Source: Bryobacterales bacterium
GTDB lineage: Bacteria; Acidobacteriota; Terriglobia; Bryobacterales; Bryobacteraceae
NCBI GenBank assembly: GCA_003166475.1
Contig: PMVV01000438.1
Coordinates: 1 to 57,183 of the forward strand
Length of the DNA: 57,183 nt
Reading direction: 5' to 3'
Positions 9,043 through 16,409 of this stretch are shown here, in pieces. Within the stretch, counting starts at the first letter, position 1, and every line of letters starts with the position of its first letter. A program made the position numbers and the translations under genes. The notes under the pieces are model-generated. The model did no database searches, was not told the origin of the DNA, and saw nothing but the letters and a program-made list of their open reading frames with translations.

Positions 9043-9690
9043 ATGCACGTCGAGATACTTGTAGAAGACCTATCTGGCAAGAAGGCTCTGGACGTTCTGG
9101 TCCCTAAAATAATTTCCGGGCAAGATACGTTCCGCGTCCATTCCTATAAGGGGCTCGGGCGCATTCCCCAACACATGAAAGACGCAACCGATCCCAGCAA
9201 ACGGATCCTCTTGACAAATCTGCCTAAATTGCTGAAAGGGTATGGGCGGACTTTCCAGGGATACCACCCAAGTTACAAAGCTGCGGTGGTCTTGATCTGC
9301 GACCTTGATGAGAGAAATCTCCAGGACTTTCTGGAAGAGTTGCGCGTCATCCTGAACGCATGCCACCCGAAGCCTGAAGCTCGCTTTTGCATTGCGATTG
9401 AGGAGGGCGAAGCCTGGTTCTTGGGAGACCTGCCGGCAGTCAAGTCGGCGTATCCCCAAGCCGACGATCAGGTTCTCATCTCCTACGTCAACGACAGCAT
9501 TTGCGGAACCTGGGAGAAATTAGCAGACGCCGTTTACCCTGGCGGGGCGAAGGCCCTGTCCCTGAAGGGCTGGCAAGCTGTGGGTGCGGAAAAGGCCCGT
9601 TGGGCAGACGACATATCTCCCCGGATGGACATTGAAAGCAACAAGTCGCCCAGCTTTTGTTCTTTTCGGGACGGGATTCGGTCGCTGTAG
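9043..9690 (+). CDS. DUF4276-like protein with a Toprim-type acidic pattern
   Basis: ATG 9043 is preceded by a GAGGTGA Shine-Dalgarno site (alternative start GTG 9034, overlapping the ATPase stop). Motifs MHVEILVED, LICDLDE and AIEEGEAW are present. The family assignment is from memory of the motif pattern and is not a search result. Confidence 0.7.
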   Translation: MHVEILVEDLSGKKALDVLVPKIISGQDTFRVHSYKGLGRIPQHMKDATDPSKRILLTNLPKLLKGYGRTFQGYHPSYKAAVVLICDLDERNLQDFLEELRVILNACHPKPEARFCIAIEEGEAWFLGDLPAVKSAYPQADDQVLISYVNDSICGTWEKLADAVYPGGAKALSLKGWQAVGAEKARWADDISPRMDIESNKSPSFCSFRDGIRSL

Positions 9691-9795
9691 AGTACCCTCG
9701 GTGCTTCGGCCAACCGAAGGCGGTCTATGGCGGCCCGAATCGCGGCGCGAGCTGAAAGCCGCAAGCGCGCCTGAGGCGACGCTGGAGCCGATAGC

Positions 9796-10029
9796 ATGTC
9801 GCCACCTGGCGAAAAGGCCCAGCGCAGGTATCCACCGAAGATATACGAGGACTTGCGGCGAGCCCTCCGGGTGCCTGACAACATAACTGACGAAGAGATA
9901 CGCCTCGCGATGCTCTGGAAGTGGGGTCACCTTCGGAAAGAACGTATTCCATCCCATCATGAAGCGCTGATCTCCTGGGCTGCACTTTCACCGGGTGTGT
10001 CCGGATGCGCGGCCGCCGGTGAATCGTGA
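9796..10029 (+). CDS. Orphan small ORF, possibly a gene fragment
   Basis: 77 aa. The first about 50 aa look protein-like (PPKIYEDLRRALRVPDNITDEEIRLAMLWKWGHLRKERIP). There is no recognised family and no clear RBS. Confidence 0.25.
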   Translation: MSPPGEKAQRRYPPKIYEDLRRALRVPDNITDEEIRLAMLWKWGHLRKERIPSHHEALISWAALSPGVSGCAAAGES

Positions 10030-10069
10030 GACAATACCGCTGGTTGGGTGGAGCATTAAGGAGGCGAGA

Positions 10070-10915
10070 ATGCCCGTAGTTTCGCGAAGAGAGTTCTTGC
10101 TGGGTGCGGCGGCAGGCACCGCTTTGGCCGCGCGGGAGCTGCGCGGCAATCCGCTGGGCATGCCGATCGGATGCCAGACCTATCCCGTCAGGAACATGAT
10201 CGCCAAGGACTTTCCCGGCACGATCAAGCAGCTTGCCGAGGCTGGGTTTCAGACCATCGAGCTGTGCTCGCCGGTGGGTTATGCCGATTCGGGTTTTGCC
10301 GGTCTCGCCAAATATAAAGGGGCGGAGCTGCGGAGAATGCTGGGCGATCTGGGAGTCAAGTGCGAGAGCTCTCACTTCGATATCAAAGAGCTGCGGGAGA
10401 ATCTGCCGGGCAGAATTGCTTGGGCCGTCGATCTGGGCCTGACGCAGATGATGGTGCCCAGCCTGGACGGGCCGCGGAATCCGACTCTCGACGATGTGAA
10501 GCGGGCGGCCGACGAATACAACAAGATGGGTGAACAGTCGGCCAAGGCGGGAATCCAGCAGGGCCTTCACAACGAGGGGTTTGAGCTATCCATGGTGGGC
10601 GGCAAGCGGACCTACGACCTTTTGCTCGAGATGCTCGATCCAAAGGTGGTCAAGTTTCAGTTCCAGGTTTCGACGATCAGCAGGGGCTATGACGCAGCGG
10701 AGTACTTCACGAAATATCCTGGCCGCTTTGTGTCGATGCACGTGCAGGACTGGTCGGCGGTAACCAGGAAGACGATGGCTGTGGGGCAGGGCACGCTCGA
10801 CTGGCGGAGGATCTTTACCGCGGCTAAAACGGGGGGCCTCAAGAATTACTTCGTGGAGATGAACCTGGACCTGATGAGGGCCAGCGTTCCTTTCCTTCGG
10901 CAGATGCAGGTCTGA
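10070..10915 (+). CDS. Sugar-phosphate isomerase/epimerase (xylose-isomerase-like TIM barrel), TAT-exported
   Basis: ATG 10070 follows an AAGGAGG site. SRREFLLGAAAG is a twin-arginine signal. The TIM-barrel pattern IELCS...HNEG...VEMN is present. Confidence 0.75.
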   Translation: MPVVSRREFLLGAAAGTALAARELRGNPLGMPIGCQTYPVRNMIAKDFPGTIKQLAEAGFQTIELCSPVGYADSGFAGLAKYKGAELRRMLGDLGVKCESSHFDIKELRENLPGRIAWAVDLGLTQMMVPSLDGPRNPTLDDVKRAADEYNKMGEQSAKAGIQQGLHNEGFELSMVGGKRTYDLLLEMLDPKVVKFQFQVSTISRGYDAAEYFTKYPGRFVSMHVQDWSAVTRKTMAVGQGTLDWRRIFTAAKTGGLKNYFVEMNLDLMRASVPFLRQMQV

Positions 10916-10925
10916 GGGCGACAGC

Positions 10926-10956
10926 GGGGCTAAAGCCCGCCCTCCGGTACAATAGC
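10926..10956. repeat. REP-like palindromic repeat, copy C
   Basis: GGGGCTAAAGCCCGCCCTCCGGTACAATAGC. It has the same GGGCTNAAGCCCGCCCTCC core as copy B. Confidence 0.55.
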
Positions 10957-10983
10957 AGTGTTCCTAACTGCAGGAGGCATCTT

Positions 10984-12585
10984 ATGATTATTCCCCTGAC
11001 GCCGGTGCGGTGCTTGTACCGGGGCGTCGATCTGTATCGAGAAAAGGTAGGCATTGTGTCGGGCGCCGACCGGTTCACCTACGCGCAGTTCGGCGAGCGC
11101 TCGGAGCGGCTGGCTGCGGGGCTGATCGCCGAAGGCGTCCGGCGGGGCGACCGGGTGGCCTATTTGAGCTTCAACAACAACGCGCTGCTGGAAGGCTACT
11201 ATGGCGTGGTGCTGGCGCAGGCGGTGGTGATGCCGCTCAACGTGCGGCTGACGCCCGCGGAGCTGATCGCCATATTGAACCACTCCGAAGCCAGGGTGCT
11301 GATCTTCGAAAAAGACTTTACGCCGCTGGTGGAGCACATCCGCAAGGCGTGCCCGGCGATCGCGCGGTACGTGGGCATTACCGAGGCGGGCGGCGCGGCG
11401 AGTCCGCTGGCGGATTTCACGTATGAGGAACTGCTGACGCGCGGACGGATCGAGCGGCCCGACATCTTCGCTTTCGACGAGAACGCCATCGCGGAGCTGT
11501 TCTACACCAGCGGCAGCACGGGGACGCCCAAGGGCGTGATGCTGTCGCATCGCACGTTGTACTTGCACGCGCTGGCAGTGGCCGGCACGTTCAACCACGA
11601 CGATACGGCGGTGGAACTGCATACCATCCCGTTGTTCCATGCCAACGGGTGGGGCCGGCCGCAGGCTTCCACGATGATGGGGCTGAAGCAGGTGATGGTG
11701 CGGCGGTTCGAGCCGACGCTGGTCTTCCGGCTGATTCAGGAGGAGAAGGCTACGGCCATGTCGCTGGTGCCGACCATGGCGAACGCGCTGCTGAACGCGC
11801 CGGATCTGGGGGCGTTCGATCTCTCCAGCCTGAAGGAGATTCATGTGGGCGGCGCGGCGGCCTCGCCGGAGTTGATCGGAAGGCTGGAACAGGCCTTCCA
11901 CTGTACGGCCATGGGCGGCTACGGGCTGACGGAGACCTGTCCGGTAGCCAGTTCGGCGCGGCGCAAGGGGACCGTCGAATACGCGGATGAAGCCGACCGT
12001 TTGGGGCACCAGGCCATGGCCGGGTGGCCCATACCGGGGGTTGAGATCCGGGTGGTGGATCTCCACATGAAAGACGTGCCGCGGGACATGCAAACCGTGG
12101 GCGAGGTCGTTATTCGCGGCGACGGGGTGATGGACGGCTACTACAAAGACCCGCAGGGCACTGCCGCGGTGATGACCGGCGGCTGGTTTCACAGCGGCGA
12201 CATGGCGGTGTGGGACGATCAGAACTACATCCACATCGTGGACCGGAAGAAGGACATCATCATCAGCGGCGGGGAGAACATCTCCTCGCTGGAAGTGGAG
12301 AAGGCCATTTTCGCGCACCCGGCGGTTCTGGAATGCGCGGTGGTGGCGGCGCCCGACAGCAAATGGGGCGAAATCCCGGCGGCTTTCGTGGTGCTCAAGG
12401 CTGGACAGGAGCTGACGGCGGAGCAACTATGCGAGTTCCTGGCCGGGCGCATCGCCAGATTCAAGATTCCGCGCACGTTCGAATTCCTGGAGACGCCGCT
12501 GCCCAAGACCGGCACGGGCAAGATCGTGAAGCGCGAGTTGCGCGAGATGTTCTGGGCGGGGCGGGCCAAGCGGGTGCAGGGGTAA
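10984..12585 (+). CDS. AMP-dependent acyl-CoA synthetase/ligase
   Basis: AMP-binding motif YTSGSTGTPKGV, plus GYGLTE and the C-terminal PKTGTGKI. The protein is 533 aa. Confidence 0.9.
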   Translation: MIIPLTPVRCLYRGVDLYREKVGIVSGADRFTYAQFGERSERLAAGLIAEGVRRGDRVAYLSFNNNALLEGYYGVVLAQAVVMPLNVRLTPAELIAILNHSEARVLIFEKDFTPLVEHIRKACPAIARYVGITEAGGAASPLADFTYEELLTRGRIERPDIFAFDENAIAELFYTSGSTGTPKGVMLSHRTLYLHALAVAGTFNHDDTAVELHTIPLFHANGWGRPQASTMMGLKQVMVRRFEPTLVFRLIQEEKATAMSLVPTMANALLNAPDLGAFDLSSLKEIHVGGAAASPELIGRLEQAFHCTAMGGYGLTETCPVASSARRKGTVEYADEADRLGHQAMAGWPIPGVEIRVVDLHMKDVPRDMQTVGEVVIRGDGVMDGYYKDPQGTAAVMTGGWFHSGDMAVWDDQNYIHIVDRKKDIIISGGENISSLEVEKAIFAHPAVLECAVVAAPDSKWGEIPAAFVVLKAGQELTAEQLCEFLAGRIARFKIPRTFEFLETPLPKTGTGKIVKRELREMFWAGRAKRVQG

Positions 12586-12611
12586 GGCGGCCCCGCGAGC
12601 GCGCGACCGCC

Positions 12612-12639
12612 TACAGTCGCTCTCCGGGTCAGCCGATAG
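12612..12639 (+). promoter_or_regulatory. Candidate sigma-28 promoter (TACA-N16-GCCGATAG)
   Basis: 3/4 and 7/8 matches to TAAA-N15-GCCGATAA. It lies about 70 nt upstream of the HEAT/EAL gene pair. Confidence 0.35.
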
Positions 12640-12710
12640 AGGAGGCAGACGGATGGCCGCGCTATCCGTAGTGGAACGGCAACCCTTGCGCGGATAGGAC
12701 GACGCGACCC

Positions 12711-13802
12711 GTGCTTCTCAGACTAGGGCTTAACGACGAAGCCGAGCCCGCGGGAACGTGCCCCGAGACGGGAAGTCCCCCGTTTCCGGCGGACCCGTTC
12801 TCCTCGCTCGACGAAGCCCTTCAGCAACTCGCACAGTCGGAGCCGGAACTTGCCGAACCAGCTATGGTGGCGAAGGCTGCGGAGATTCCGAAGGCCGTGC
12901 CGGAGGACGCGGCCGAAGCCGTGGTGTACTGGCTGACCCACTACAAAGCAAACCCCGCATGGGCCGCGCGCAACATTCGCGAATTGGTTGCCAAGGCACC
13001 GGAAGGGGTGGTGGAGGCGGTGTTACCGCTGTGCCAGCCGGGAGGCTGGGGGGAGGCAGCCCCCTTGCTAGCGCGCTTGCTGAGCACCCTCGACACGACG
13101 GCCGAAAAGCTGTGCGATCCGGCCGCCTCCCTGGAAAGCTCGGTCTGCATCGCCAAGGCCGTGATGCAGTACGAACCGAGCTTCGACGCGCGCTTCGCCA
13201 GAAGCCTGCTGGATGACGATCGGATGACCGAAGCAGCGCGCCAGCGAGGGTTGGCGGTTATGCAGAAACTCGGCGGCGGCCGCCGGCTGATCCCCATACT
13301 GATACAGTTTCTGCGGGATCCGGACAGCCGCATTCGGTCCAAAGCGGCCCTGATGTTCGGACAAATCATGCCACCGCAGGGCATCATGGACCGGCTGATG
13401 GGGGATGCCGACGCCAGGGTCCGCGCGAACTTCGTGGAGGGCCTTTGGAACTGCTCAACCAACGATTGCCAGCCGCTGTTCCGCCAGGCATTGGAGGATT
13501 CGAACCACCGTGTAATGGGCAATGCGCTGGTCGGTTTGCATCGCCTGGGAGAGTCCCGCGAAGTGATGCGGCACTTGGGCAGAATGGTCCGCCGTCCGGA
13601 AGCGCTCTTTCGGGCCGCGGCCGCGTGGGTTATGGGCCAAACCGGTGAGGAGCGCTATGCCGATGTGTTGCGCCAGATGACGCGCGACGCGGACCGGCTG
13701 GTGCGGCGCAACGCGCTCCGTTCCCTGCGGCAGATCCGTCCGGTGTCTGCCGTTGGAGGAAACCCACAATCCGGATCGCCGGGAGATCGCGGTGCTGCAT
13801 GA
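12711..13802 (+). CDS. HEAT-repeat protein
   Basis: Repeated LxxxLxDxDxxVRxxAaxaLG-type units (DPDSRIRSKAALMFG, DADARVRANFVEGL, DSNHRVMGNALVGL, DADRLVRRNALRSL). The GTG start is uncertain. Confidence 0.7.
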   Translation: MLLRLGLNDEAEPAGTCPETGSPPFPADPFSSLDEALQQLAQSEPELAEPAMVAKAAEIPKAVPEDAAEAVVYWLTHYKANPAWAARNIRELVAKAPEGVVEAVLPLCQPGGWGEAAPLLARLLSTLDTTAEKLCDPAASLESSVCIAKAVMQYEPSFDARFARSLLDDDRMTEAARQRGLAVMQKLGGGRRLIPILIQFLRDPDSRIRSKAALMFGQIMPPQGIMDRLMGDADARVRANFVEGLWNCSTNDCQPLFRQALEDSNHRVMGNALVGLHRLGESREVMRHLGRMVRRPEALFRAAAAWVMGQTGEERYADVLRQMTRDADRLVRRNALRSLRQIRPVSAVGGNPQSGSPGDRGAA

Positions 13803-13838
13803 CGGCGCCCACTGCGCGCAACGACCTCGGACCGGGCG

Positions 13839-15377
13839 GTGATGCAAATGGACGTTTTCATTGCGCGCCAACCGATACTCGACCGGCAACGCCAGCTCTA
13901 CGCCTACGAACTGCTCTTTCGTTCCGAGGCGCGCCACAATGCCTTCGACGGCGGGGACGGCGCGGCCGCCACTACCCGGCTGATTGCCAACGCCCTCCTG
14001 GCGATGGGGCTGGAGAGCTTGCTGTGCGGCAAGAAGGCCTTCATCAACTTCGATCGCAGCCTGCTGCTTGGCGGATTGCATTCCGTTCTCCCGCCCGAGA
14101 TTCTGGTGATCGAGGTTCTCGAAACGGTCGAACCGGATGGCGAAGTCCTGGCCGCCTGCCAGAGGCTCTCCAAACAGGGCTATACCTTGGCCATGGACGA
14201 TTTTGTCCCGGATGCCCGTTTTGAACCGCTGGCCCGCTTGGCGAAGCTCATCAAGGTGGACCTGCTGGCGACGTCGCGGCCGGACCAGGAGCGCCTGCTG
14301 CGGAAGTACCAGCCCCTGGGAATCGCCATCCTCGCCGAGAAGGTCGAAACCGCCGAAGAGTTCCAATGGGCGCTGGGCGCCGGGTACGACTATTTCCAAG
14401 GCTACTTCTTCGCGCGCCCGGAGATCGTGCGCGGGCGGCGCATCCCGGCGTCGAAACTGACGTGTCTGCGCCTGCTCGCGGAGGCGCAGCAGATGGAACC
14501 GGACTTCGGCCGGTTAGAGACGATTGTCTCCAGCGACGTGTCGCTCTCTTACAGTCTTCTACTCTACGTGAACTCGGCGCTTTTTTCGCGCGGAACCGAG
14601 ATTGGCTCGATCCGGCAAGCCATCGCCGTGCTCGGCGAGGAGGGCATCCGGCACTGGGCCGTGCTGGCTGCCCTGCCCATGATGGCGAAAGACAAGCCGG
14701 GCGAACTGATCACCCTATCGCTGGTGCGCGCGCGCTTCTGCGAGCGCCTGGCCGGTCTGGCGCGAATCGCCCCACCCAACCTGGCGTTCCTGATGGGCTT
14801 GTTTTCCCTGCTGGACGGGCTCATCGACCTTCCCATCCGGGAAGCCCTGGCGAAAGTCCACGCCGATCCCGCCATCACGGGCGCCCTGACCGGCACCGCG
14901 CCGCCCGGCGATCGCTACCGGGACGTGTATCAGATGGCGCGCCGCTACGAGGCGGGCGATTGGGACGGCGCGGGGGCGCTGGCGGCGGCGTCCGGCATCG
15001 AGACCTGCCAACTCGCCGAAGCTTACGCGGAATCCGCCTTTTGGACCCAACAGGCGCTGCACGCCACGTCTCGAAAAACCAATGTACGGCGGCACGTGCG
15101 CCACCCCGCCGCGGGCGAACTGCGCCTCCGATGGCAAGAGCCTTCCGGACGGGAGCGGGTGGTTGCCGCCACCATCGTGAACGCGTCGGCCGAGGGTTTG
15201 CAGTTGCGGATATCCGAGCCGATTCCCGTTCGTTCTCCGGTCAGTTGCACCGGCCCGAAGATGTGCGTATCCGGCAGAGGCACGGTTCGCTATTGCAACT
15301 TGGTCAAGGGAAAGTATCTCATCGGCGTCGAATTTCGCGGCGGTACCGGGTGGAGCGGAGCGCCGGCTTCCCGCTAG
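13839..15377 (+). CDS. EAL-HDOD-PilZ three-domain c-di-GMP protein
   Basis: N-terminus ARQPILD...EVLE...NFD...DDF...KVD...EKVE...FQGYFF (EAL residues). The middle HDOD-like region is LSYSLLLYVNSALF...IRQAIAVLG. The C-terminus has RRHVR...NASAEG (PilZ RxxxR and D/NxSxxG motifs). Confidence 0.8.
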   Translation: MMQMDVFIARQPILDRQRQLYAYELLFRSEARHNAFDGGDGAAATTRLIANALLAMGLESLLCGKKAFINFDRSLLLGGLHSVLPPEILVIEVLETVEPDGEVLAACQRLSKQGYTLAMDDFVPDARFEPLARLAKLIKVDLLATSRPDQERLLRKYQPLGIAILAEKVETAEEFQWALGAGYDYFQGYFFARPEIVRGRRIPASKLTCLRLLAEAQQMEPDFGRLETIVSSDVSLSYSLLLYVNSALFSRGTEIGSIRQAIAVLGEEGIRHWAVLAALPMMAKDKPGELITLSLVRARFCERLAGLARIAPPNLAFLMGLFSLLDGLIDLPIREALAKVHADPAITGALTGTAPPGDRYRDVYQMARRYEAGDWDGAGALAAASGIETCQLAEAYAESAFWTQQALHATSRKTNVRRHVRHPAAGELRLRWQEPSGRERVVAATIVNASAEGLQLRISEPIPVRSPVSCTGPKMCVSGRGTVRYCNLVKGKYLIGVEFRGGTGWSGAPASR

Positions 15378-15417
15378 TGTAGATCGTTGTTTGTCGTCTG
15401 CGCACCGCTCTCGAACT

Positions 15418-15450
15418 CGGCAGGCCACGAAAAACGATGGCCTGCCCCAC
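15418..15450. terminator. 9-bp-stem hairpin (GGCAGGCCA-N10-TGGCCTGCC) plus CCCACC, between convergent genes
   Basis: Read directly from the sequence. It sits between the EAL gene stop (15377) and the flgL stop (15478). It is a member of the hairpin family also found inside the element at 54531. Confidence 0.6.
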
Positions 15451-15477
15451 CGCTAAATTTGGCCGGCGGCGCCTGCA

Positions 15478-16395
15478 TTACCCCAGGTAGTTAAACAAGC
15501 TTTGGGGCTTGAGCATGGCCTGCGCGGACATGGCGGCCTGTTCATCGGTGGTGGCCATGGTCAAGTCCAGGGAGGATTGGGCCGCGTCGGCATCCTGCTC
15601 GTTGCTAAGTTGCTGTTGCAGTTGGATGAGCGTCTGGCTGGCCGAGTTGCCGGCGGCGGTCAGGTTATTCTGCGCCGCGCCATAGAAACTGCTTTCGTCG
15701 TTCAGATGCGCCGAGGCGGTCTGAATGTCGGTCACGGCCGTCAGGATGCCTGGGCTGTCGTTATTCTGCAGCGCTGTCAGGAAGCCGGTAACCGCCGCGA
15801 AGGCGCTAGCCGCCGTGGGATTGCCGTTGGCATCCTGGTCGTCGAAGATTTGCTGGGCGGTCAATCCGATCGAAATCGGCAGGCCGTTGGCGTCCTGGAT
15901 TTGTCCGGCAGGGCCGGGCTGGGTCGCCTGCTGCACGGAGTTGCCGTTGGCTGCCAGGGTGTACTGCGGTTGCCCGCTCAGGTCGCCGCTGAAGATGTAT
16001 TGGCCGTTGACGGCGGTCTGGCTCAGGCTGAGCAACTGTTCGAGGATGCCCTGCACCTGGGGGATTTCGTCCTGCCGCTGGCTGGCATTCGAGGTGCTTC
16101 CGGCGGCCTCGGTGGCTAGCGACGTGGCTGTATCCAGCACCTGAATAGCCTGCTGTATGGCGTTCTCGCCGCTTTCCACCTGGGGTGTCACGTTGGACAG
16201 GTTTTCCTGCGTCTGCTGCACTCCCGCGATTTGGGCGCGCAGTTGCAAGATGCTGGAAATCTGGTCGGGATCGTCGGAGGCCACGGAAACCCGCAACCCG
16301 GAGGAGAGCTGGCGTTCGGCCATGCCGATGCGGTTTTGGATCTGCTGCAGGTTGCTGAGGAAGATTTCGGAATTTGGATTGATGCTGGGGGTCAT
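15478..16395 (-). CDS. flgL: Flagellar hook-associated protein 3
   Basis: Flagellin-family N- and C-termini (SSGLRVSVASDDP...). It lies immediately downstream of flgK. Confidence 0.85.
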   Translation of the reverse strand: MTPSINPNSEIFLSNLQQIQNRIGMAERQLSSGLRVSVASDDPDQISSILQLRAQIAGVQQTQENLSNVTPQVESGENAIQQAIQVLDTATSLATEAAGSTSNASQRQDEIPQVQGILEQLLSLSQTAVNGQYIFSGDLSGQPQYTLAANGNSVQQATQPGPAGQIQDANGLPISIGLTAQQIFDDQDANGNPTAASAFAAVTGFLTALQNNDSPGILTAVTDIQTASAHLNDESSFYGAAQNNLTAAGNSASQTLIQLQQQLSNEQDADAAQSSLDLTMATTDEQAAMSAQAMLKPQSLFNYLG

Positions 16396-16409
16396 AGGGG
16401 CGCTCGCTT

